Shown here piece by piece: positions 38,294 through 47,100 of a stretch of DNA of 64,000 bases (within the stretch, counting starts at the first letter, position 1; each line of letters starts with the position of its first letter). Source of the DNA: a virus; the IMG/VR virus record IMGVR_UViG_3300048575_000503, one strand, 5' to 3'. The notes below the pieces were generated by a model. That model did no database searches. It worked only from the letters and a program-made list of their open reading frames with translations, and was not told the origin of the DNA. The position numbers were made by a program, and so were the translations under genes.

Positions 38294-38312
38294 TGAACTC
38301 GATTGAGTGTAA
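38294..38312. promoter_or_regulatory. Second candidate repressor operator (early operon)
   Basis: TGAACTC-GATT-GAGTGTAA. Confidence 0.55.
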
Positions 38313-38379
38313 TCCTCTCTCTCGTCAGCCGCCAATCTGCCGCCTGCCGGCACGAAGAGGCGGACGATGGAGATCTCTC

Positions 38380-38553
38380 ATGTGCGCAGCGACATCGTCG
38401 CTTCTTCAGCCGATAGCGGTCATGGCGAGCCTGCTCAGCCTTCTGATCATGGGCTTGTCGGCCGAGTATGTCCGAAGAACGCGGAAATGCATCGAGCTGA
38501 TCGAGGCGAACAGAAGGCTCAGCGCCGAAGCCACCGGTTCGGAGGACGAGTGA
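38380..38553 (+). CDS. Small membrane protein
   Basis: RBS GGAGA, one TM segment. Confidence 0.35.
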   Translation: MCAATSSLLQPIAVMASLLSLLIMGLSAEYVRRTRKCIELIEANRRLSAEATGSEDE

Positions 38554-39199
38554 CCATGACTTCGTGGACGGATTTCGGCTGCACAACCTTGCTGGCGGTC
38601 GGCGGCGTGATGGCGATCTGGATGGTGGTTACGACCATCGCCTCCATCGTCGACGTTGTCTCGATCTCGAGGCGGACTGCCGAGCTGCGGTGTGAGAAAG
38701 CATATATCCGCGCTCTGATCCGCGAAAGAACATCGACCGGTTCGGAGACGAGCAAATGAGCGCGCCCCATCGCAAATGGGCTATCTTTGGCGGCCCGCAC
38801 CTCGCCATCGTATTGAAGGACCCGGACACCGCCTGTCGGGATGGGCTGTTGGGCGGCTCCTGCTCCGTCATCAACCACGGTCGTTCGGTAGTTGAGCAGG
38901 CGATACCCCGGCGTCTTGCATCTTATCCGGGGAACCTGAAGTCGGACGATTCTCTGGTTCTTGACAATGAACTCAAGGTGAAACCACCCGGCCCACTGGG
39001 AGGGCGCGGTTTCGATGAGGTCGATGGCCGGCTGGCTCGCCAGTTCCGCAATTTGCCGCGTCCGTTCAGCGCTCTTTGCCTGAGAGCGGGAGTACACGAC
39101 GGCGATAGCCGAGACCGCAAGTGCGGCAAGCGAGAAAGCGTTCCCCGGCAAGGTCGCCCATGCCGCGGCTTCTGTCACCCAATTGATCGCCATGTCCAT
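38519..39199 (-). CDS. Single-TM accessory (moron-like) protein
   Basis: N-terminal TM (AFSLAALAVSAIAVVY), coiled segment, beta-rich domain; opposite to operon direction. Confidence 0.55.
   Translation of the reverse strand: MDMAINWVTEAAAWATLPGNAFSLAALAVSAIAVVYSRSQAKSAERTRQIAELASQPAIDLIETAPSQWAGWFHLEFIVKNQRIVRLQVPRIRCKTPGYRLLNYRTTVVDDGAGAAQQPIPTGGVRVLQYDGEVRAAKDSPFAMGRAHLLVSEPVDVLSRIRARIYAFSHRSSAVRLEIETTSTMEAMVVTTIQIAITPPTASKVVQPKSVHEVMVTRPPNRWLRR
38556..38759 (+). CDS. Small membrane protein
   Basis: RBS GGAGG, one TM segment; overlaps a minus-strand ORF. Confidence 0.3.
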   Translation: MTSWTDFGCTTLLAVGGVMAIWMVVTTIASIVDVVSISRRTAELRCEKAYIRALIRERTSTGSETSK

Positions 39200-39490
39200 G
39201 GTGGAGTCTCTGCCCAGTCTCTCAATAGGGTACCACCGGTAATAGACGCCGTGAATGCCGCAAGTGCCGCCGCAATCAGGCGAAGACAGCGTCTTTTGCC
39301 CAGAGAACCCGCGCTGATTGAGCGCTGACAGTTTGGCTGGCGCGACAGCCAGAGGCTAACGGGTGAGCACCCCAGGTGCTCACCACTCAAAGCGATAGCA
39401 TCGCGCATCATTTGCCCTGACGGGCGTTTCACGTCGCAGAGCCGACCCGGGCCGGATCCATTTCCGACGATGGCGGAGCTTTGCCAGATC

Positions 39491-39967
39491 ATGGAGAAGA
39501 CCTTGGCTTTTCTGCCTGCCATAACCGGTTGGGCGCGGACGCCGCCCGGACCGCGCGCCACTCTCCACACATCAGTCACCGGTCGCGATGGCGATCGCCG
39601 CCGCCTCTCTTTTTCGCTCAGCCGAGAACTCGTCGATGCCGCTGGTTGGCAAGGCGGCGAGCGCTTCGTCGTCTCGATCGGCGTCGGCCCCGATCTCGGC
39701 GCCTTCCAGATCTCGCGGTGCGATCGGCCGCGCGCCGGGGTCAAGCTGATCGCCCATTCGAGGGCTCTGGGTTTCCGGCTTCATCTCAATCTGCCGCCGA
39801 TCGTTCACGGCGTCGACGTACCCGAACTTGTCGACAGCCTGCCGCGGCCGTGTCCCTTCGCCTTCACGATCGCCGACGGTGCGCTGGTGCTGGTCGCAGA
39901 TGTGCGGCGCGACCTCGCCGTCAACGGCACCGTCGTTTCCTTCGATGCGGCGAGGGCGACGTCATGA
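39491..39967 (+). CDS. Hypothetical early protein
   Basis: Coupled (ATGA) to the HD gene; beta-rich. Confidence 0.55.
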   Translation: MEKTLAFLPAITGWARTPPGPRATLHTSVTGRDGDRRRLSFSLSRELVDAAGWQGGERFVVSIGVGPDLGAFQISRCDRPRAGVKLIAHSRALGFRLHLNLPPIVHGVDVPELVDSLPRPCPFAFTIADGALVLVADVRRDLAVNGTVVSFDAARATS

Positions 39968-40701
39968 ACCACCAGCCGGAACAGGGCCGGGCGGCGTTGC
40001 CCTGGAAACAGACGGCCAGCCACAAGGCATTCAGCCTCATCGATCCCCGGTTCGATGACGTCGACTTCGATGTCGACATCGCCGGGCCGCTCAGCCGGCT
40101 CGCCCGGTTCACCGGCGACATTCGCGCCGGCGCCTACTCGGTAGCCCAGCACTGCGTCATCGGGGCGGATCTCCTCGCCCGCGAGTTTCCCGGCCCGCCG
40201 GGCCGGGAGCGCGCCGCCGCCTTTCTTCTCCACGACGCGCACGAAGCCTACATCGGCGACATCGCGACGCCGGCGCAGGAGGCGATCAACTGGCACCTCC
40301 AGACGATCCTCGACGACTTCGGTCTCGCCGAGGCGATCAACCGGAACGTCCGCGAGATCGCTGGACCGCGGCTTTTCAAGAAGGCGCTGTTGCGCCTGAA
40401 GTTCGATCTCGACGAGACGATCTACGGCGCGGCCGGCGTCATGTGGCCGCTCCCGTCCGACACGATTGCCATCATCCGCCGGATGGACCTCGTCATGCTC
40501 GCGGCCGAGGTCGACGCCTTCATGGGCGGCGAGGCCGCGCCCTGGGGATCGACCAGCGGCGTCCGCGCCGGCTTTCCAATTCCCGACCTCTCCGCCGAGG
40601 GCATCTGGTCGGCCGACGAGGCCGAGGAACGCTACCAGCAAGCGCTCCGCCGCTACTTGCCGGCGCGCTTTCCCCATCCCGCATTCTCGATCGAGGGCTG
40701 A
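39964..40701 (+). CDS. HD-domain phosphohydrolase (YfbR-like 5'-deoxynucleotidase family)
   Basis: RFTG...YSVAQH...LLHDAHEAYIGDIATP. Confidence 0.88.
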   Translation: MNHQPEQGRAALPWKQTASHKAFSLIDPRFDDVDFDVDIAGPLSRLARFTGDIRAGAYSVAQHCVIGADLLAREFPGPPGRERAAAFLLHDAHEAYIGDIATPAQEAINWHLQTILDDFGLAEAINRNVREIAGPRLFKKALLRLKFDLDETIYGAAGVMWPLPSDTIAIIRRMDLVMLAAEVDAFMGGEAAPWGSTSGVRAGFPIPDLSAEGIWSADEAEERYQQALRRYLPARFPHPAFSIEG

Positions 40702-40704
40702 TCC

Positions 40705-40953
40705 ATGGAAGACCAGAACACCGGCGTTGCCGCCGAGGAGCTCAAGCAGTTTGTCGAGCGCATCGAACGCCTCGAGGAGGAGAAGAAGTCCATCGCCGAC
40801 GACGTGCGCGACGTCTACGCCGAGGCCAAGGGGCGCGGCTTCGATGCCGGCGCCATCCGGACGATCGTCCGCCTCCGCGCCAAGGAACCGGCGGAGCGCG
40901 AGGAAGAGGAGGCGATCCTCGAACTCTACAAGTCAGCCCTCGGCATGGTCTGA
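40705..40953 (+). CDS. gapR: GapR / DUF2312 nucleoid-associated protein homologue
   Basis: [36 protein letters not shown]...ELYKSALGM. Confidence 0.93.
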   Translation: MEDQNTGVAAEELKQFVERIERLEEEKKSIADDVRDVYAEAKGRGFDAGAIRTIVRLRAKEPAEREEEEAILELYKSALGMV

Positions 40954-40980
40954 GATCCACCGACACCAGAGGAGAGCCCG

Positions 40981-41298
40981 ATGGCCTGGGAGAAGGTGAA
41001 GACGACACTGAAGATCTGCCGGGAAGTCGACGTCGAGTTGGACCTCTCGGAGATCGAGAACGAGACGCTGCTCCAGTTGCTGATCGAAGCCGAAGTGCTC
41101 AGCGAGAAGGAAGCCGAGCAGCTCCTCCGCCGCGCCGATGACATCGTCTTCGGTTGCGGTTTCGGCCTCGACGAGATCGACGCCGACGAGGTCGAGGCCG
41201 CCCGGGCCGAGCTGATGGCCGGACGGCGCGGCGAGGCCCTCATCCATCTCGAACGGGCGCTGGGAGGCGATTTCACCGGTCGCCTCGCCGTCGCCTGA
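40981..41298 (+). CDS. Hypothetical protein
   Basis: RBS GGAG, acidic 105 aa, in operon. Confidence 0.6.
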   Translation: MAWEKVKTTLKICREVDVELDLSEIENETLLQLLIEAEVLSEKEAEQLLRRADDIVFGCGFGLDEIDADEVEAARAELMAGRRGEALIHLERALGGDFTGRLAVA

Positions 41299-41308
41299 GG
41301 ACGCCACA

Positions 41309-42445
41309 ATGAACGCATCCACCACCACTCGCATCTCCATCGGCGTCGACGCGCTCGTCAGCGCCCTTGGTGCCCTCTCTCGCGCCATCGAGCGGCGCCA
41401 GACGATCGCTGTCCTCTCCAACGTTCTGATCGAAGTCGACAGCGGTCTCTGCCGCCTCACCGCCAGCGATCTCGACATGTGGGTGACGACCACGGTTCCC
41501 TTGCCCGATGCGCTCTCGCCAAAAGCGGCGATCACCATGCCGGCGCAGCTCCTCCAGGACATCGCCCGCAAGCTCCCGAAAGGGGCGGAGGCCGATCTCA
41601 CCTGGGGCGGCCCGGATGCGACGCTTTCATGCGGCCGCGCCCGGTACCGCATCAACACGCTGCCGGCGAGCGACTATCCCTCGCTCACCGAGCCGGACTG
41701 GCCGGTCACGGTCGCGCTTCCCGCCAAGAGCTTCCGCCGGGCCTTCGACAAGACGGCCTTCGCCATCTCGAACGAGGAGATTCGCTACTACCTCAACGGC
41801 ACCTTCATCCACGCCATCGAGGAGGACGGCGAGGTCAAGCTCGTCGCCGTCGCCACCGACGGCCATCGCCTCTCCAAGCTGGTCATCCCGGCGCCGGTGG
41901 AGGCGCGCGGCTTGTCGCCTTCGATCGTGCCGCGCAAGGCCGTCGGCGAGATCATCCGCATGCTTGATGGCCGCGACGATGATGTCGAGGTCTCGGTGTC
42001 CGACGCCAAGCTCTCGCTGACCGCCGGATCGACCCGACTGGTCACCAAGCTGATCGATGGCACCTTCCCCGATTATGAGCGCGTCATCCCCAGAGAGGGC
42101 TCCCGGCTCGCCGTGATCGACGTCGGCGCTCTCGCCGGCGCGGCCGCCCGCGTCTCCACCGTCTCCGGCGAGCGCGGCAAAGCCGTCAAGCTGAGCTTCG
42201 GAGGACAGACGCTCACCCTCGAGGTGAAGAACCCCGACGCCGGCGATGCCTTCGAAGAGATCACCGCCGAATACGAGGGCGACCCGCTCGAGATCGGCTT
42301 CAACGCGCGCTACCTCGCCGAGGCCTTGCAGTCGGTCGACGCCGACACCATCCGCATGCAGCTCGGCGACCCCGGCGCACCCGCCGTCGTGACGTCCGTC
42401 GCGGCAAGCGACCACCTCGTCGTCATCATGCCGATGCGCGTCTGA
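41309..42445 (+). CDS. dnaN: DNA polymerase III beta clamp homologue
   Basis: VLSNVLIE, LTASDLD, RYYLNG, VATDGHRL, SIVPRK, KLIDGTFPDYERVIP, IGFNARYL, IMPMRV. Confidence 0.95.
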   Translation: MNASTTTRISIGVDALVSALGALSRAIERRQTIAVLSNVLIEVDSGLCRLTASDLDMWVTTTVPLPDALSPKAAITMPAQLLQDIARKLPKGAEADLTWGGPDATLSCGRARYRINTLPASDYPSLTEPDWPVTVALPAKSFRRAFDKTAFAISNEEIRYYLNGTFIHAIEEDGEVKLVAVATDGHRLSKLVIPAPVEARGLSPSIVPRKAVGEIIRMLDGRDDDVEVSVSDAKLSLTAGSTRLVTKLIDGTFPDYERVIPREGSRLAVIDVGALAGAAARVSTVSGERGKAVKLSFGGQTLTLEVKNPDAGDAFEEITAEYEGDPLEIGFNARYLAEALQSVDADTIRMQLGDPGAPAVVTSVAASDHLVVIMPMRV

Positions 42446-42458
42446 AGGAGAGCAAGCG

Positions 42459-42869
42459 ATGTCCATCAACCGCGTAACCCTGCTCGGCAACGTCGGCCAC
42501 GCCCCCGATATCCGCGCCATTCCCGGCAGCGAGGACCGCGTTGCCAGCTTCTCGCTGGCGACCACCGATCACTGGCGCGACCGCACTACCGGCGAAATGC
42601 GCAAGGCGACCGAGTGGCACAGCGTCGTTTGCCACAACCAGCACCTCGTCAACCTGATCGCGTCGCATGTCGCGGCCGGCAGCAAGGTCGCCGTCGAGGG
42701 CAAGCTCAAGACCCGCAGGTGGGTCAAGGACGGCGTCGAGCGCCGCACGACCGAGATCGTCATAGGCCGCTTCGACGGCACCCTGACGATCGAGGGCGAC
42801 CCCAAGGTCCGCGAGGCCACCGGCGCGGCCGGTGAGGGCGCCGAGATCGACGACAGCATCCCCTACTGA
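42459..42869 (+). CDS. ssb: Single-stranded DNA-binding protein
   Basis: INRVTLLGNVG..P, TEWHSVV, VEGKLKTR, C-terminal DDSIPY. Confidence 0.95.
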   Translation: MSINRVTLLGNVGHAPDIRAIPGSEDRVASFSLATTDHWRDRTTGEMRKATEWHSVVCHNQHLVNLIASHVAAGSKVAVEGKLKTRRWVKDGVERRTTEIVIGRFDGTLTIEGDPKVREATGAAGEGAEIDDSIPY

Positions 42870-42895
42870 TTCTCTGAGCTGAAGGCGAAGCATCC

Positions 42896-43333
42896 ATGCT
42901 GAGGCGCTTCTTCATCCTTGCGGCGCTCATCGCCGCCCCCGCCGCCGCCGGCATCATGACTCCCGAGCCGGTGTCCGGCCCCGTGCGCGTCATCGATGGC
43001 GACACCGTTCGCCTCCAGTCCGGCGAGACCGTCCGGATCTACAACATCGACGCCCCGGAAACCCATCAGCCGCGCTGTCCGGCGGAAGCGAAAGCCGGAG
43101 CGGCTGCAACCGTGGCGCTCTCGGCGACGATCGAACGCGGCGGCGTCATGGTCTCCCGCTGCGAGCCCGCGACCGGCCGCTGCCAGGATCGCTATCACCG
43201 CACGCTCGCCAGCCTGTCGAACAAGCTGGATGGCGATCTCGGCGAACGCTTGGTGGCCGTCGGGCTCGCCTTGCCCTGGCAGTCCGGCTCGACGGCGCAC
43301 GAAGCGCGCCGTCGCCACTGGTGCGGCCGCTGA
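42896..43333 (+). CDS. Thermonuclease (SNase-like) with signal peptide
   Basis: RVIDGDTV, RIYNIDAPE, DRYHRTLA. Confidence 0.88.
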   Translation: MLRRFFILAALIAAPAAAGIMTPEPVSGPVRVIDGDTVRLQSGETVRIYNIDAPETHQPRCPAEAKAGAAATVALSATIERGGVMVSRCEPATGRCQDRYHRTLASLSNKLDGDLGERLVAVGLALPWQSGSTAHEARRRHWCGR

Positions 43334-43346
43334 TCGGGGCAGGGCT

Positions 43347-43580
43347 ATGGCAACTCTGGCCGAACTCATCGAAGCCCGCGACGGGCTCGCCGTCATCATG
43401 TCCTACTGCGACGATGACGAGGCGATCCTATACGTGCCGATCTTCGAGCGCCTCGAGCGGGAAGTCGCGGCGGCGGAGGCTCAGCAAGATGCGCTCTCGA
43501 GGGCAAGAAGGTTGGCGGAGAAGAGAAAGGCAGGGTGGGTGGAGGTGGACAGTCGCCGCAGTCAGAATGCGCCGGGATAG
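43347..43580 (+). CDS. Small conserved phage protein, last gene of early operon
   Basis: YVPIFERLEREVAAAEAQQDALSRARRL. Confidence 0.6.
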   Translation: MATLAELIEARDGLAVIMSYCDDDEAILYVPIFERLEREVAAAEAQQDALSRARRLAEKRKAGWVEVDSRRSQNAPG

Positions 43581-44489
43581 CTAGAAAAACTCCTGCGCGG
43601 CATGGGACTCATCTGCTGTGTACGGCGATACTCTGAAAACTATGTAGTTGTATTCGATCGGAGTTCCTTTGATTCTATCCACAACCTGCGCCGAATCAGT
43701 GTTCCAAACCATAGAGTTCCAGTCCCACTGTGATGAATCTCCCTGCGCAACAATGAAGGATCCGCAACGCAGGGGAACGGAGGTCTGACTCGAGGCAAAA
43801 TCGAGACCAAGTTTGAAGTGAAAAACTTGTTTATTTTTGTGCCGACTGAGAATGGACTGAACAACACTGGCTGTCAGCCCGACAAACGGCTTGAGCGCAG
43901 GTTGAGCTTTTGTCAAAAGCCCCAGTCCCTCTTTGAATGGACCACTCCCAATCGCGCTGAGAATGCTCTCGTCGTCCTTACTGCTAACGTTGATGGTCTT
44001 TCCTTCGAAGGCGATGCCATTTTCGCCGACCGAAACTCCGAGGAAAATTGGAGAGCCGGCTATAGCTGCACTTGCCCGATCATTAGCGTTGGTAGTCAAA
44101 ACGAACCGTAATTCCTCCGGTTCGTGCTGCAATTGATTTTTCCCTGTGAATTCACAAAGTATTTCGTGACAGCCATTACCTGGGTATTTGTGAACCCAGA
44201 ACTTTTCGAGTGTGATCTTGACCCTGGAATTTCGTAGAGCGTCGTCGGGGTGAAGCCTGAAAGCACTTTGAATTTCTGCTTGAGTGCCATGTGACTCAGG
44301 AGACAGAAAGCCGCACAGCATTCCCGTGTGTCCCCAGACCTGGCTTCCCCAAGAGATGCCCAGACCACCCTGACCAACTCCACCACTGGGAAACAGCTCC
44401 TCGACAGCTTCATCATCCCCAATTTCGCGAAGATATTTCTGGATCACATCGCGACTTTTGTCGCCGATACACTGGCTAATTGAAGGCAT
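43581..44489 (-). CDS. Uncharacterised 302-aa protein, third gene of the ATPase-protease operon
   Basis: ATG one base after the protease stop; same AT-richer composition. Confidence 0.8.
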   Translation of the reverse strand: MPSISQCIGDKSRDVIQKYLREIGDDEAVEELFPSGGVGQGGLGISWGSQVWGHTGMLCGFLSPESHGTQAEIQSAFRLHPDDALRNSRVKITLEKFWVHKYPGNGCHEILCEFTGKNQLQHEPEELRFVLTTNANDRASAAIAGSPIFLGVSVGENGIAFEGKTINVSSKDDESILSAIGSGPFKEGLGLLTKAQPALKPFVGLTASVVQSILSRHKNKQVFHFKLGLDFASSQTSVPLRCGSFIVAQGDSSQWDWNSMVWNTDSAQVVDRIKGTPIEYNYIVFRVSPYTADESHAAQEFF

Positions 44490-44490
44490 C

Positions 44491-47100
44491 TCAGGTCCTA
44501 ACTCGGGTTGGTACCCGCTGAGTTACGTCGACACGCTTGGCTCTCACGCGGGCTTCGACGTCAGTGAACAGGTCCGGCCTGACGGGTTGCGCAATTTCAA
44601 GAGTGACCGCAAGACCATATGGTACCTCTGCTCCTGCAAACGAAGTCATCTCTGCCATCGCTTGGACGCCTAGGAAAATGTCACTTGAACCGCCCTGCCG
44701 GATTAGGTTTGTTCCCTCAAACACAAGATGTTGAAGCGTACCGCGGCGGGCCGCCCGACCGTCAGGAGATCGCACTCGCCTAATGCCGTTCCAGAAATCT
44801 CGCCTGCCATCACGATCGACGACCTCGAGACGAACCCCTCGATATCGGTTAGTAATCGGGTCGATTGGACTACACCAAGCAAGCGTGACCACGACGCGAC
44901 GAAGCTCGCGGCTATTTACCATGGCGCGTGGTATAGGGAGCCTGTACTCGTGAAGCGCGTCAGGGGTTATCATATCGTCGGCGAGCAACGTAATGCGACT
45001 CCCGCTTGCTGTGAAAACCCTTAAATGATCTGGGTGGCCATACCCAAGTACACGGCTGATGGCTTCTTTCTTCCGCAATGCCCCGCCGGAGTACAATTCG
45101 TATAAGATGTCGCCTGCATCGCCCCAGGCACAGCCGTGGGCGAGTAGAGCCTTCAAAACTACTGCGCGAGTCTGGGCCTCCTGCCAGCGCTGGCCATCCT
45201 CATCAAATAGGTGTTCTAGAACGTCCACCAATCGGGCGGCTGTTCTTGTTGTGAGAGCCGCAGCGTTGCTTGTCCCGGTACAACGCCTGACGAGGTCTTG
45301 AGCTAAACTAGTACCGGTTGCAGCGACCAGTTGTCCGACGTCTGGATGATCCACTGCCCAAGCTGTTACCAATCCTGTGTCGTCTTCTGAACGGACCAAC
45401 TGCCGACCACCCAACTCGATGATGTCGGGTTTGATCGCTCTATTGAGTCCAAGCCCAATGCTTGATGCGAGGTTCGTTACGCCCGAGAGGGAGTTGAAGG
45501 GGTCCAAAAGACCCGCTGGCGTTCCTGTCGAACTGTCGCCGTGTACTGCGCCGACAGTAAGTCCGTTCAATGTTTCCGCCGGACTTAGCATCAACCGCCA
45601 CACTTTGCTCCGATCGAGTGCTTCCAGAATTATGATCTGTCGCTCCACCGGATCGGCTGCCTCGAATTCGGCACAGGTTGTGTAAGTGCCGAGAGAGAAC
45701 GGGGCTACGTTGTTTCCAGAACTAACGATGAAAAGTAGTCGGAACCGATAGCTAAGGTAATCGAGCAACTTCGCCCAGTAACTAGCACGTTGATTGAATG
45801 GAGATTCGCAGTCACAGATCGAATGGTTGATAATAACGACGCTTTCAGCCGCTGGAGCGTTGCCCTCAAGCCCCTCGATCAACGACTTCACCGCACGGTA
45901 TATGAGACCAAGCGGAAGTTTATCCTGTGGAGTACATTCTTCCGCAAGGTTCTGTGGTGCACCCAGTATCGGTACTACTTGGAGAGTTCGGTCGATCGGC
46001 CTTTGGTCGTCACCCAAATCGCCATGGATGATGAGTGATGCCATAGCTGTGCCATGTCTGCGCCGAGTTACAGGCACGTCCACCGCACGTACATCCACCT
46101 CGGTGACCCGAATTCTATTCCTCAGCAGAACATGATTCTCGACAGGGTAGCCGTCGAGGAGTGCCACCACGGGGGGTCTCGTGTCCAACGTCAGGGGAGG
46201 ACCAGTTTCGTCGGAGATAGAAGACGCATTATCGCCAACTACGCTGCTAAAGAGCGATTGTGGTCGGACGCGCATCACGCGGTCCGCAGTCGACAGGGGA
46301 CCTTGTAATGAACCGAGGCGGATAGCCTGCGCACCGGGCAGTTCGACCAGAGCGGCTTGGTATTGGATTTCTGGGATCGTCACGAAGTCGAGTAGGGTCC
46401 CAGCGACGAGCGTCATAAGCTCCACAACGTAGTCGCGTGCCGCTAACCGCAGACCAACATCGCCCCTGAACCAAAGATCAAGTTCCAATCGGACCGGGCG
46501 GTTGGGGTATTTATCCATCATGCGGTCGACGTAGCCGGACACAGCGTGATCAACGCGGTCTTTCGCCGACCAAGTCCTAATATCACTCAGGTAACCGAAG
46601 AGAGGCCACCATTCTGCATCGCTAGTTACCGGCTTCGGTTGATTAGCCGAATATTGTTTCCAGAGGGCAAGAACCTTTTGTAACCCGCTGATGGTCGGCA
46701 TAGTGATATAGAGCATGCTCTGTCCGCTGGCCGTGGCGGAAATTTTATCTTCCTCACTATCCTCATCTTCGTCCGAGTCATCTTCATCGTCTTCGAAGTC
46801 TTCGCCGAGCCACTCGAATCCAGCGGCGCGTGCCGCCGCAACGAATTTCGCCACGTTAGAAAGAGGGCCAATTACTTCGAAAACGAGCGCACGGTCAGGG
46901 GCTACTTCATAGGGAGAGGTAGATAGGTCGGAGCCGTTCAATATTTGCCCGACGCTACTCTCGATTTCTTCAAATCTAGCATTATGGCGTTCAGTCTGTT
47001 TTTCCCAAGAGATCGCCTTCGGGAATCTCGCCCGCTGTCCCTTTATTCGCGACAGCCTTGCGGGCTCTCGATTTATTCTTACGATCGGCCCCTGTGCCAT
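44491..47100 (-). CDS. S8 subtilisin-like serine protease (IetS-like)
   Basis: Asp LLDGYP, His RHGTAMASL, oxyanion Asn SSGN, Ser TGTSNAAA; start re-assigned to MAQGPIV. Confidence 0.92.
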   Translation of the reverse strand: MAQGPIVRINREPARLSRIKGQRARFPKAISWEKQTERHNARFEEIESSVGQILNGSDLSTSPYEVAPDRALVFEVIGPLSNVAKFVAAARAAGFEWLGEDFEDDEDDSDEDEDSEEDKISATASGQSMLYITMPTISGLQKVLALWKQYSANQPKPVTSDAEWWPLFGYLSDIRTWSAKDRVDHAVSGYVDRMMDKYPNRPVRLELDLWFRGDVGLRLAARDYVVELMTLVAGTLLDFVTIPEIQYQAALVELPGAQAIRLGSLQGPLSTADRVMRVRPQSLFSSVVGDNASSISDETGPPLTLDTRPPVVALLDGYPVENHVLLRNRIRVTEVDVRAVDVPVTRRRHGTAMASLIIHGDLGDDQRPIDRTLQVVPILGAPQNLAEECTPQDKLPLGLIYRAVKSLIEGLEGNAPAAESVVIINHSICDCESPFNQRASYWAKLLDYLSYRFRLLFIVSSGNNVAPFSLGTYTTCAEFEAADPVERQIIILEALDRSKVWRLMLSPAETLNGLTVGAVHGDSSTGTPAGLLDPFNSLSGVTNLASSIGLGLNRAIKPDIIELGGRQLVRSEDDTGLVTAWAVDHPDVGQLVAATGTSLAQDLVRRCTGTSNAAALTTRTAARLVDVLEHLFDEDGQRWQEAQTRAVVLKALLAHGCAWGDAGDILYELYSGGALRKKEAISRVLGYGHPDHLRVFTASGSRITLLADDMITPDALHEYRLPIPRAMVNSRELRRVVVTLAWCSPIDPITNRYRGVRLEVVDRDGRRDFWNGIRRVRSPDGRAARRGTLQHLVFEGTNLIRQGGSSDIFLGVQAMAEMTSFAGAEVPYGLAVTLEIAQPVRPDLFTDVEARVRAKRVDVTQRVPTRVRT

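Noticed and set aside
39964-40701. 2-aminoadenine (Z) genome pathway from HD hydrolase plus dNMP kinase
   Set aside because: No PurZ-like synthetase or phage DNA polymerase in the window
43581-44489. Bacterial gasdermin next to a protease (early Cys, similar size)
   Set aside because: I see no resemblance to the gasdermin sequences I recall beyond the Cys; left as an unknown effector pending a fold search
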